NCBI GenBank assembly: GCA_041572575.1
Contig: JBFFSH010000043.1
Location: 1 to 20,337 of the forward strand
DNA length: 20,337 nt
Direction of reading: 5' to 3'
DNA from: Thermodesulfobacteriota bacterium
GTDB taxonomy: Bacteria; Desulfobacterota_D; UBA1144; Nemesobacterales; N074bin48
The first letter of the stretch is position 1. Each line of letters opens with the position of its first letter. A program made the position numbers and the translations under genes. Below are positions 1 through 8,527 of the stretch, piece after piece. The notes under the pieces are model-generated. The model worked only from the letters and a program-made list of their open reading frames with translations, did no database searches and was not told the origin of the DNA.

Positions 1-1
1 A

Positions 2-985
2 AATGTTGAAATAGAGTATTGGGGACTCGTTGGATTTATTGAAAATCTGGAACTGCAGCAAAAGGCACTTGAACTAGCCAAAGATCTGCAGCAAAGAAAT
101 GAGATTCAGGTTGATGTAGGTGTTCTTCCTCCAATAACTGTTACTCAGGCTAAATCTGAAGTAGCTGCAAGACAGGTAGATGTGATTACTGCTGAAAATA
201 ATGTTGAAGCAGTTTCTGATAGATTAAAAAATATACTTGTACTTCCTTTGGATTCTAGAATAAATCCGGTAGATGATCCCAATAAAGAATTTATTGATTA
301 CAGAGATAGTGAAATAATAGAAGAGTCATTTAAAAATAGACCTGAAATAAAGCAAGTAAAACTAGAATTAGAAAAGAATGAAAAGCTTAGGAAATATTAT
401 TCCAATCAGAGGCTTCCAAGACTCTCGGTACAGGGCACTTTGGAGTATCAGGGACTTGGTGGGGATGAAAATCCAAATAGAATAGATTTTGGTGGTGGAA
501 TATTGGAACCTATTTCAGAACAGTTCAATAGCCCCGGTGATGCATTCGATCAGCTTTATGACGGAGAATTTTTAACATGGAGCATTCTGGGCGTTTTTAG
601 TTATCCCCTGTTTAACTGGCAGGCCAGGGGGGATTATATAAAAGCAAAAGCTGACTTAAACAGAACTGTAATAGAATACGATAAGGTCATTGATGACGTA
701 AATCTTGATGTAAGAAATTCACTTAGACAAATTGAAAACAGTAAAAGGCGAATCGAAGCGGCTAATCTATCGGTTGATCTTGCTACACAGGTTTTATCCA
801 ATGAAGAAGAAAGGCTTAAGGTTGGTATAGGAACTACCAGAGAAGTTTTAGAAGCACAGCGTGACCTTGTTGATGCAAGAGCGAGTCAAATAAGGGCTAT
901 AGCAGATTATAATATTGCTCTTGCAAGGCTTGAAAAGGCCAAGGGTACAATTATTCAGAGTAAAGGGGTAGTTTTGAAGGATTAA
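2..985 (+). CDS. TolC-family outer membrane efflux protein, 5'-truncated by the window edge
   Basis: The frame is open from position 2 (NVEIEYWGLVGFIENLELQQKALELAKDLQQRNEIQVDVGVLPP...), so GTG 182 is not the real start. It has OEP repeat features: RPEIKQ, RLPRLSVQG, FSYPLFN, 'EEERLKVGIGTTREVLEAQRDL', and the C-terminal 'YNIALARLEKAKG'. Confidence 0.9.
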   Translation, partial: NVEIEYWGLVGFIENLELQQKALELAKDLQQRNEIQVDVGVLPPITVTQAKSEVAARQVDVITAENNVEAVSDRLKNILVLPLDSRINPVDDPNKEFIDYRDSEIIEESFKNRPEIKQVKLELEKNEKLRKYYSNQRLPRLSVQGTLEYQGLGGDENPNRIDFGGGILEPISEQFNSPGDAFDQLYDGEFLTWSILGVFSYPLFNWQARGDYIKAKADLNRTVIEYDKVIDDVNLDVRNSLRQIENSKRRIEAANLSVDLATQVLSNEEERLKVGIGTTREVLEAQRDLVDARASQIRAIADYNIALARLEKAKGTIIQSKGVVLKD

Positions 986-2544
986 TGCTTAAAGTGCCTT
1001 ACCCCAGTAAACACCATTGATATGCCGTGCTCTTCACACGCATCAATAATATCCTGATCCCTTATTGATCCACCGGGTTGTATGATAGCTTTTACGCCGA
1101 GTTTGGCAGCTTCATCAATACCATCTCTAAAAGGAAAAAAAGCATCAGAAGCAAGTACTGAACCATCAGTTGATATATTTGCTTTTATACCACAAAGCTT
1201 TACTGAATCCACTCTGCTCATCTGTCCTGCGCCTATTCCTACTGTCTGGCCGGGTTTTGCAAGTATAATTGTGTTTGATTTTACATGTTTGCATACTATC
1301 CATGCAAATTTTAGAGCTTCCATTTGCTGATGGGTTGGTGAATTTGATGTGGCAACCTTAATATTATCAAAATCAGAACTTACCCCAAGGTCTTTATCCT
1401 GAAATAGAGCACCACCTGTAACCTTTTTTAAATCAAGATAAGACTGCGAGAGATTTTTAAGTGGTGGAGTTTTTAATACTCTAACATTTTTCTTTGTAGA
1501 GAGTATCTCCAGGGCTTTTTCGGTATACTCTGGAGCTATTATTACCTCTAAGAACATCTCTGTCATCTCTGTTGCTACAAGCTCATCTACTTCGGTATTA
1601 AATGCGACTATTCCTCCAAATGAACTTACGGGATCACATTCCTTTGCATTTAAAAAAGCTTCTTTTACACTACTGCCGGTAGCAACACCACAGGGATTGT
1701 TGTGCTTTACGATCACACATGCAGTCTCTTTAAATTCCTTTACTGCTTCAAGAGCAGAGTCTGTATCATAAATATTATTTAGAGAAAGTTCCTTACCCTG
1801 AAGCTGGGATGAATTGGAAACAGATGGCTCATTAAAATCCGGTTGAATATAAAATGCTCCGTCCTGGTGAGGGTTTTCACCATATCTTAGGTCCAGTGAT
1901 TTTGAATAATGCATTGTAAGAGAATCGGGGAATTTAATTTTAGAGCCATCGAGATTTGTAGAGCCTAGAAAGTTAGAGATTGCTGCATCATAGTTTGCTA
2001 CATACGAAAATGCTTTTTTAGACAATTCGTAGTTAGTTTCAACAGATACATGCCCGCCATTTTTCTTAAGTTCCTTTAATACTATTTTATAGTCTGCAGG
2101 ATCGTGAATTATACTTACGTATTTATAGTTCTTGGCAGCGGCTCTTAGCATTGTCGGGCCGCCGATGTCTATATTCTCTATGGCTTCATCAAGTGAAACT
2201 CCGTCTTTTTTTATTACATCTATAAATGGATAAAAGTTAACAACTACTATGTCTATAGGGCCAATATTGTTTTTTTCCATATCCACTATATGTGTCTCAT
2301 TATCTCTAATTGACAAAATACCCCCATGTATCCTTGGATGTAGAGTCTTAACTCTTCCTCCAAGCATTTCAGGAGAGTTTGTATATTCAGAAATATCTGT
2401 GATCTGAATTCCTGAGTCCTTTAATTTTTTAGCTGTACCACCGGTGGAAATTATTTCGATACCGAGTTTTACAAGTCCCTCGGCAAACTTGTTAATCTCT
2501 TTTTTATCCCATACACTTAAAAGTGCTCGTTTAGCTTTTTGCAT
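982..2544 (-). CDS. purH: Bifunctional AICAR transformylase / IMP cyclohydrolase
   Basis: Motifs RALLSVWDK, STGGT, GGRVKTLHP, ENIDIGGPTMLRAAAKN, LRYGENPHQ, KHNNPCG, GAGQMSRVDS, SDAFFPF, IQPGGSIRD and C-terminal TGVRHFKH. Confidence 0.98.
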   Translation of the reverse strand: MQKAKRALLSVWDKKEINKFAEGLVKLGIEIISTGGTAKKLKDSGIQITDISEYTNSPEMLGGRVKTLHPRIHGGILSIRDNETHIVDMEKNNIGPIDIVVVNFYPFIDVIKKDGVSLDEAIENIDIGGPTMLRAAAKNYKYVSIIHDPADYKIVLKELKKNGGHVSVETNYELSKKAFSYVANYDAAISNFLGSTNLDGSKIKFPDSLTMHYSKSLDLRYGENPHQDGAFYIQPDFNEPSVSNSSQLQGKELSLNNIYDTDSALEAVKEFKETACVIVKHNNPCGVATGSSVKEAFLNAKECDPVSSFGGIVAFNTEVDELVATEMTEMFLEVIIAPEYTEKALEILSTKKNVRVLKTPPLKNLSQSYLDLKKVTGGALFQDKDLGVSSDFDNIKVATSNSPTHQQMEALKFAWIVCKHVKSNTIILAKPGQTVGIGAGQMSRVDSVKLCGIKANISTDGSVLASDAFFPFRDGIDEAAKLGVKAIIQPGGSIRDQDIIDACEEHGISMVFTGVRHFKH

Positions 2545-2641
2545 CGTGATGTCCTTATTGTGTTAAATTAGATTTGAATTAATGGTTTTTTTATGAATAA
2601 AGTAGGTAAATGTTTATTGTAAATCATAATTAACATTACTT

Positions 2642-2670
2642 TTGTGAACTTGTCAATTGTTACGTATACT
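2642..2670 (+). promoter_or_regulatory. Candidate sigma70 promoter for the MCE gene
   Basis: TTGTGA (2642-2647), 17-nt spacer, TATACT (2665-2670), 37 nt upstream of ATG 2708. A perfect TTGACA lies on the minus strand at 2651-2656 facing purH, but without a clean -10. Confidence 0.45.
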
Positions 2671-2707
2671 CTAAGAATTCAGGAAATACTTTGGTTAAAT
2701 ACTTCTA

Positions 2708-3769
2708 ATGAAACGAGATAAATCATCATCTGTAAAGGTTGGGATTTTTGTACTTCTAAGCATAGCTGCATTTATAATATTCGTGTTCATGCTTGGTGGA
2801 GAAAATAAATTATTTACAAAATCTTATAAAGTACAGACATCGTTTACAAACGTTGCGGGCCTTTCAGAAGGGGCTTCGGTTAGACTATCGGGGGTGAGGA
2901 TTGGAAGTGTTAAAGAAATTGAGTTTCCAAAGGACATAGATAAAAATTTTATTGTTGTACTAATGGATGTCAAAGAAGACGGTGTTAGAAGGATTGGTTC
3001 TGATGCCATAGCGACTATAAAAACCGAGGGGTTACTTGGAGATAGGTATATTGAAATAATAAAGGGATCAAAAGAAACTCCCAAAGAGATCAAGGATGTA
3101 ATAAAGATTAACAGTTTTAACCCTGCTGATATAACAAAGCTGATTGACCAGTCTGATGAGCTTATAGGAAATATTATAAATATATCTGAGAGTCTTGATG
3201 AAATTGTAAAAGCATTTGGTAAGGAAGAAAACATAAATAACATATCAAACACAATTGCTTCATTCAGAAGGAGTATTGAGGCAATAGAAAAAGAGGATGG
3301 AATATTAAACACGCTAATATATGGAAAAGAAAATCAAACCCCTGGGGATAAGAATACACTTGAAAAACTCGATGAAACTATTGCACTCTTAAATGATCTT
3401 CTTGGTGAAATAAAAAGCGGAGATGGTCTTCTCACAGCCCTTCTCTTTGAAGAAGATTTAAAAATAAAGGTAGACAATGCAATTACTAATATTGAAAAGG
3501 CAGCCGAGTCAATTGGTGATGATAAGGGTATTGCAAGTGACCTAAAAGACACGGTGGCAAATCTAAAAAGTATTTCAGAAAAACTCGATGAAGGAGAGGG
3601 TACTATTGGGGCTATGATAAACGATCCGCTCCTATATGATCAACTTAATTCCGTACTTGGTGAAGCCGAAAGAAGCAGGTTTGTTCGGGCTACAATCAAA
3701 TATCTTATTGAACAAAAGTTAAAAAGAGAAAAAGAGAATAAAACTGAAACTAAGCTTTATGGATATTAG
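2708..3769 (+). CDS. MlaD/MCE-domain protein with long helical C-terminal region
   Basis: N-terminal TM (VKVGIFVLLS...), MCE motifs FTNVAGLSEGASVRLSGVRIGSV and AIATIKTEGLLGDRYIEIIKG, followed by helical repeats with G-T/L-I/L-G/x-A-L/M-I motifs (GEGTIGAMINDPLLYDQL). Confidence 0.93.
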   Translation: MKRDKSSSVKVGIFVLLSIAAFIIFVFMLGGENKLFTKSYKVQTSFTNVAGLSEGASVRLSGVRIGSVKEIEFPKDIDKNFIVVLMDVKEDGVRRIGSDAIATIKTEGLLGDRYIEIIKGSKETPKEIKDVIKINSFNPADITKLIDQSDELIGNIINISESLDEIVKAFGKEENINNISNTIASFRRSIEAIEKEDGILNTLIYGKENQTPGDKNTLEKLDETIALLNDLLGEIKSGDGLLTALLFEEDLKIKVDNAITNIEKAAESIGDDKGIASDLKDTVANLKSISEKLDEGEGTIGAMINDPLLYDQLNSVLGEAERSRFVRATIKYLIEQKLKREKENKTETKLYGY

Positions 3770-3841
3770 CGGGTGACGGGATTCGAACCCGCGACCCTAA
3801 GCTTGGGAAGCTTATGCTCTAGCCAGCTGAGCTACACCCGC
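3768..3841 (-). tRNA. tRNA-Gly (anticodon CCC), no encoded CCA
   Basis: Minus strand reads GCGGGTG TA GCTC AGCTGGCTA GAGC A TAAGC TTCCCAA GCTTA GGGTC GCGGG TTCGAAT CCCGT CACCCGC T. This is a complete cloverleaf with U73 discriminator, followed by AAT rather than CCA. Confidence 0.97.
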
Positions 3842-3853
3842 AGTTGCTTTTAA

Positions 3854-3882
3854 ATTAAAGCAAATTAACTGTATAAAGTCAA
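3854..3882 (-). promoter_or_regulatory. Candidate sigma70 promoter of tRNA-Gly
   Basis: Minus strand TTGACT (3882-3877), 17 nt, TTTAAT (3859-3854) with an upstream TG, ending 12 nt before the tRNA 5' end. Confidence 0.55.
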
Positions 3883-3906
3883 TCGCATTACCAAGACTTA
3901 ATCATA

Positions 3907-4803
3907 ATGAAAAACAAGAGAAAAATCGACAAGCTTATTACAGAATCAGTAAACCCGGATACGGTTGATATAGATATATCATCTACGAGCAGGATAATAA
4001 AACTAATCTCGGATGAAGACCGTAAAATATCAAAAGCGGTTTATGAGCAAAGAAAATTAATAGAGGCAGCGATTGAGCTAATTTATAAAAGAATTAAACA
4101 AGGTGGCAGGATATTTTTTGTAGGTGCCGGCACAAGCGGCAGGCTTGGGGTTATTGAAGCAGCTGAATGTCCGCCTACTTTCGGGACATCACCAAATCTT
4201 GTTCAGGCTATTATGGCAGGTGGTAATAGAGCTGTATTTCACTCTGTGGAAGGCGCAGAGGACTCATACAAAGATAGCCTAGAGCAGCTTGAGAAAAAGA
4301 AGTTTAGCCATAAAGATGTTGTAATTGGAATTGCTGCTAGCAGTTCTACTCCTTTTGTAATAGGAGCAATTGAATATGCCAAAGAACTTAAGGCTTCCAG
4401 TGTACTTATATCTTTCAATCCTACAAAAAAGAGATCGGCTGATATTGTAATATCACCAATACTCGGGCCTGAGGTTATTGTTGGCTCTACAAGAATGAAA
4501 GCAGGTACAGCTACCAAGATGATTCTCAATATGATAACAACAGCAGTGATGATAAAGCTTGGAAAGACATATAAAAACCTTATGGTAGATGTACAACCTA
4601 AATCACTCAAGCTTAGAAGCAGAGCTGTAAGAATAGTAAAACAGCTTGTAGGAACTACAGAGAATAAATCAAAAAGCCTGCTTGAGTCTGCAAACTGGCA
4701 GGTGAAACCTGCAGTAGTTATGGGAATAAAGAAAGTTACATATAACCGTGCAAAAGAGATACTTACACAAAACGATGGTTTTTTAAGAAAGGCACTAAAG
4801 TAG
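3907..4803 (+). CDS. murQ: N-acetylmuramic acid 6-phosphate etherase
   Basis: SIS-domain MurQ motifs: TESVNP, GAGTSGRLG, ECPPTFG, VEGAED, GIAAS, GPEVIVGSTRMKAGTATKMILNMITT, NLMVDV; 298 aa. Confidence 0.97.
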   Translation: MKNKRKIDKLITESVNPDTVDIDISSTSRIIKLISDEDRKISKAVYEQRKLIEAAIELIYKRIKQGGRIFFVGAGTSGRLGVIEAAECPPTFGTSPNLVQAIMAGGNRAVFHSVEGAEDSYKDSLEQLEKKKFSHKDVVIGIAASSSTPFVIGAIEYAKELKASSVLISFNPTKKRSADIVISPILGPEVIVGSTRMKAGTATKMILNMITTAVMIKLGKTYKNLMVDVQPKSLKLRSRAVRIVKQLVGTTENKSKSLLESANWQVKPAVVMGIKKVTYNRAKEILTQNDGFLRKALK

Positions 4804-4821
4804 TTTTTTTATAAAATATTA

Positions 4822-5994
4822 ATGAATCCTATCCTGAATTTATCTAACAAGAAAAAGAAGATTGTAATCGGCCTTATGTCTGGAACTTCTATGGATGGGA
4901 TCGATGCTGCGGTAGTTGAAATTAAAGAAAGCGGTATTAACTCTAAGATCAAACCCCTTGGTTTTGTTTGCAAGAAATACAGTGCCAGAGTAAAAGAAAG
5001 ATTATTAAGTGTAAATGCAAAAACACGGATAGATGAAATTTCAGAACTTAATGTTTTAATATCTAAAGAGTTTGTAAGAACTGCACTTCAGTGTGCTACT
5101 AAATTTGTCTCCGATTCGAGCAAGGTCGATCTAATAGGTTCCCATGGGCAGACCATCTATCATAATCCTCCTTCGAGAAAAATCGGTATACCATCAACTG
5201 TCCAGCTTGGGGATATAGACGTCATCTCTCATAACACAAAAGTCACCACGGTTGGAGATTTCAGATCCAAAGATATAGCCGCTGGAGGTGAGGGGGCTCC
5301 TATCATGCCTTATGTAGACTACATATTGTTTAATAAACAAAGCCCTGTTCTTGTACAAAACATAGGTGGAATTGCCAATGTAACGGTAGTTACCAATAAA
5401 ATGGAGGAAATGATAGCTTTTGATACAGGCCCGGGAAATATGCTTATGGATAATATGGTTAGGCTGTATTCAGAAGGTAAAAAACTATTCGATAAAAACG
5501 GAGCAATTGCCCGTGCCGGAAATATTAATCATAAACTGCTCGAATCATTACTTTTAGAGGAGTACTACAGACTAAAACCTCCAAAGTCTACCGGAGCAGA
5601 AAAATTTGGTTCTATTATGGTAAAGAAATTATATAAACAAGTTATTAGTAATAAAATTAGATATGAAGATATGCTAAGAACTCTGCTCCAGCTTACTGTA
5701 GAGACATTAGCGCTGGCTTATGAAAAATTTATTATTCCAAAATATCATCCCCAAAAAGTCATTTTAAGCGGTGGCGGTGCCAAGAACTTATTCATGTTAA
5801 GTGAGCTTAAAAAAAGGCTTGGTGATATGGATATATTAACATCCGACGATTTTGGTATTCCCTCGGATGCCAAAGAAGCAATAGGGATGGCAGTTCTGGC
5901 AAATGAGATTATATCGGGTAACAAGACCAATATTCCTTCATGCACAGGGGCAAAGGTAAAAGTACCTCTTGGAAAAATATCATACAGTTTTTAA
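4822..5994 (+). CDS. anmK: Anhydro-N-acetylmuramic acid kinase
   Basis: Motifs IGLMSGTSMDGID, GSHGQT, DFRxxDIAAGGEGAP, NIGGIAN, FDTGPGN, PPKSTG, GGGAKN, KEA, TGA. Confidence 0.97.
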   Translation: MNPILNLSNKKKKIVIGLMSGTSMDGIDAAVVEIKESGINSKIKPLGFVCKKYSARVKERLLSVNAKTRIDEISELNVLISKEFVRTALQCATKFVSDSSKVDLIGSHGQTIYHNPPSRKIGIPSTVQLGDIDVISHNTKVTTVGDFRSKDIAAGGEGAPIMPYVDYILFNKQSPVLVQNIGGIANVTVVTNKMEEMIAFDTGPGNMLMDNMVRLYSEGKKLFDKNGAIARAGNINHKLLESLLLEEYYRLKPPKSTGAEKFGSIMVKKLYKQVISNKIRYEDMLRTLLQLTVETLALAYEKFIIPKYHPQKVILSGGGAKNLFMLSELKKRLGDMDILTSDDFGIPSDAKEAIGMAVLANEIISGNKTNIPSCTGAKVKVPLGKISYSF

Positions 5995-6003
5995 CATCAA
6001 TAA

Positions 6004-7752
6004 ATGGATAATATTATAAATTCATTTGCAGCTGTAGATTGGGTAATTATTCTCTCATACCTTGTAGTCACAATTGGAATTGGCCTGTATTTTACCAAAA
6101 GAGCAAGCTCAAACATAACAGACTACTTTGTTTCAGGTAGGAACCTGCCATGGTGGCTTCTTGGCACATCGATGGTTGCTACCACATTTGCAGCAGACAC
6201 CCCGCTTGTAATCACAGGCTGGGTGCGCACCGAGGGGATTTGGAAAAACTGGTTTTGGTGGAACTACATTTTTGGTCATGTGCTTGCTGTATTTCTTTTT
6301 TCAAGGCTTTGGAGAAGGGCAGAGGTACTCACTGATAATGAATTTATCGAGCTTCGCTACAGCGGAAAACCGGCAGCATTTTTAAGAGGATTCAAGGCTC
6401 TTTATTTTTCCACACTGTTTAATTTTATTGTAATGGGCTGGGTTATAAGTGCCATGGCCAAAGTGTTTTCCGTCTTTTTTGGAGTGGATACTTATGCAGC
6501 CGTTGTTGTCTGCCTTGTAATTGCAGTAACATACACGGCACTTTCTGGAATTTGGGGAGTGGCTATAACAGATTTTTTACAGTATATAATTGCTATTATT
6601 GGCTCGGTAATTCTAGTCCACTTTGTAATTAGCTCACCTGATATAGGCGGGTACTCCGGGTTTCTTTCAAGGCTTGGCGAAGTGGAGGGAAACCTTAAAT
6701 TTTTTATGACCCCTGAGACAGGCACTCCTGTTTCAGATGGATTTTTATCCTCAAGCTTCTTTTCCTTTCTGGTATTTATAAGTGTTATATGGTGGTCATC
6801 GCATAATGCAGATGGAGGCGGTTACATAATCCAAAGAATGTCCTCAGCAAAGAATGAAAACCATGCCGTTGCCGGCACTGCGTGGTTTGTTATAAACCAT
6901 TATATAATAAGGCTCTGGCCGTGGGTGCTTGTGGCTGTAGCATCGCTTCTTGTATTTCCATATGCAGAGCACAAGGATGCTGATCAGGAGATTTATTACC
7001 TTTTGATGATTAAGAAGTTTTTAGGCCCAGGGCTGCAGGGGCTTCTGTTTGTCACATTTTTGGCTGCTTTTATGTCTACAATCACAACTCACCTTAACTG
7101 GGGGTCGTCTTATCTTGTAAATGACATATACAAGAGATTTATTGATAAAAACGGCTCAGACAGACGTTATGTGCTTGTATCGAGGATATTTACAATAGTA
7201 ATAACCATACTTGCCGGAATATTTGCCCTGTATATTAAAAATATTGGAAAGGCATGGATTTTCCTTTGGGCAATGAGTGCCGGAATAGGGCTTGTTCTCA
7301 TTCTCAGGTGGTTTTGGTGGAGAATTAATGCATGGTCCGAAATTTCTGCGCTTGCAAGCTCCATTATCACAATTATAGCAATGATATTGTATACCAATTT
7401 AAAAGGAATATCCCTCGAACTAAAGCATCAGGTAATTGTAATACCTATTTCAATCACCACCTGGGTTATTACTACTTATCTTACTGCCCCTGAGCCGACT
7501 CAAAGACTACAATCCTTTTATAACAAAATTAGACCCTGGGGTTTTTGGGGGCCTGTAAGTACTAACAATGAAAACAAAGAACCGTTAACCGATCTTCTGC
7601 TTAACTGGGTATTAGGCATATGTGTAGTAATAAGCGGTATGTTAGGAGTGGGTAAACTGTTATTAGGTCAGTTTGGTTTAGGATTTATATTATTTATAAT
7701 TTCAGTCTTCTGTTCCTTTATTCTTTATTATAGAATTTTTAAAATAAAGTAG
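6004..7752 (+). CDS. Sodium:solute symporter (SSS/SLC5 family), substrate unknown
   Basis: Motifs DYFVSGRNLPWW, SMVATTFAAD, EFIELRYSG, QRMSSAKNE, GLxGLL...AAFMSTITTHLNWGSSYLVNDIYKRF, RWFWWRINAWSE, with many hydrophobic TM segments. It starts 9 nt after anmK. Confidence 0.93.
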   Translation: MDNIINSFAAVDWVIILSYLVVTIGIGLYFTKRASSNITDYFVSGRNLPWWLLGTSMVATTFAADTPLVITGWVRTEGIWKNWFWWNYIFGHVLAVFLFSRLWRRAEVLTDNEFIELRYSGKPAAFLRGFKALYFSTLFNFIVMGWVISAMAKVFSVFFGVDTYAAVVVCLVIAVTYTALSGIWGVAITDFLQYIIAIIGSVILVHFVISSPDIGGYSGFLSRLGEVEGNLKFFMTPETGTPVSDGFLSSSFFSFLVFISVIWWSSHNADGGGYIIQRMSSAKNENHAVAGTAWFVINHYIIRLWPWVLVAVASLLVFPYAEHKDADQEIYYLLMIKKFLGPGLQGLLFVTFLAAFMSTITTHLNWGSSYLVNDIYKRFIDKNGSDRRYVLVSRIFTIVITILAGIFALYIKNIGKAWIFLWAMSAGIGLVLILRWFWWRINAWSEISALASSIITIIAMILYTNLKGISLELKHQVIVIPISITTWVITTYLTAPEPTQRLQSFYNKIRPWGFWGPVSTNNENKEPLTDLLLNWVLGICVVISGMLGVGKLLLGQFGLGFILFIISVFCSFILYYRIFKIK

Positions 7753-7818
7753 AGATTGTTTTCAATATCCTTATTTTGTGTTAATAATTATCACAGTATT
7801 TTTTTTAGATAAAACAAA

Positions 7819-8409
7819 ATGGCTATAAAAATTAAAGTACTAAAAGCCCCTGAGCTTACGTTTTTTGAAAAACTTTATTTTCCTCAGATATTAAAAGGGA
7901 TGTTTATCACCCTTAAGCATCTGCTTGGGTCTAAATCGATTACGGTACAGTATCCTGAAGAGGTAAAAGAGCTTCCTCCCAGGTACAGAGGGCTTCATAT
8001 CATGCCTGGGGATGATGATCAAAAAATAAGATGCGTAGCGTGTAAGCTTTGTGAGGTAGCATGCCCCACTCAGGCAATATCAATTGTAGCCGAGCCTGCT
8101 GATGATTATGGTGTTGAAAGAAGACCAAAGATATACAATATCGATTTTATGAGGTGTGTGTTTTGCGGTTTTTGTGTTGAGGCCTGCCCTTGTGATGCAC
8201 TAAGGATGGGTATGAAGTATGAGCTAGCTTCATACAATAGAGCTGGGCTAGTACACACAAAAGAGGTTTTCTTTGAGCCTAGAGTCAGAAGTGAAGCACC
8301 AAGAGACAATGCAAATTTCTTATACGAAATGGGCAAGGGGAAAATCCTCGATTCTCCAGAGGCCGCAGAAAAGGTAAAAGAGTTATCCGGAATTTATACC
8401 CCTAAATAA
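7819..8409 (+). CDS. nuoI: NADH-quinone oxidoreductase subunit I (2x[4Fe-4S])
   Basis: KGMFITLKHL, TVQYPEE, PPRYRGLH, and two ferredoxin motifs CVACKLCEVACP and CVFCGFCVEACP (preceded by IDFMR). Confidence 0.92.
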   Translation: MAIKIKVLKAPELTFFEKLYFPQILKGMFITLKHLLGSKSITVQYPEEVKELPPRYRGLHIMPGDDDQKIRCVACKLCEVACPTQAISIVAEPADDYGVERRPKIYNIDFMRCVFCGFCVEACPCDALRMGMKYELASYNRAGLVHTKEVFFEPRVRSEAPRDNANFLYEMGKGKILDSPEAAEKVKELSGIYTPK

Positions 8410-8468
8410 GTATTTCATTATATATATTTAGTACACCACTTACTACTGATTCATCAACACTCCCAGTT

Positions 8469-8505
8469 TTCACTCTTGAAATTTAGATTGCTAAAATAGT
8501 ATAAT
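8469..8505 (+). promoter_or_regulatory. Candidate promoter(s) for the TPR-P450 unit
   Basis: TTGAAA (8476-8481), 18 nt, TATAAT (8500-8505); alternatively TTCACT (8469-8474), 17 nt, TAAAAT (8492-8497) with an upstream TG. The first overlaps ATG 8504, which favours a start at 8528. Confidence 0.45.
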
Positions 8506-8527
8506 GATACTGAAGAGATTAATCATT

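Noticed and set aside
2545..2707. ZTP (pfl) or purine riboswitch upstream of purH
   Set aside because: The leader is very AT-rich with no GC-rich stems or recognisable conserved riboswitch core.
3768..3841. tRNA-Gly as an integration site for a genomic island
   Set aside because: I found no integrase and no duplicated tRNA 3' end in the window, and the flanks are housekeeping genes.
7777..7795. Rex or CRP site upstream of nuoI
   Set aside because: Spacing between TGTG and CACA is 11 nt rather than 8, so it is kept only as an unassigned palindrome.
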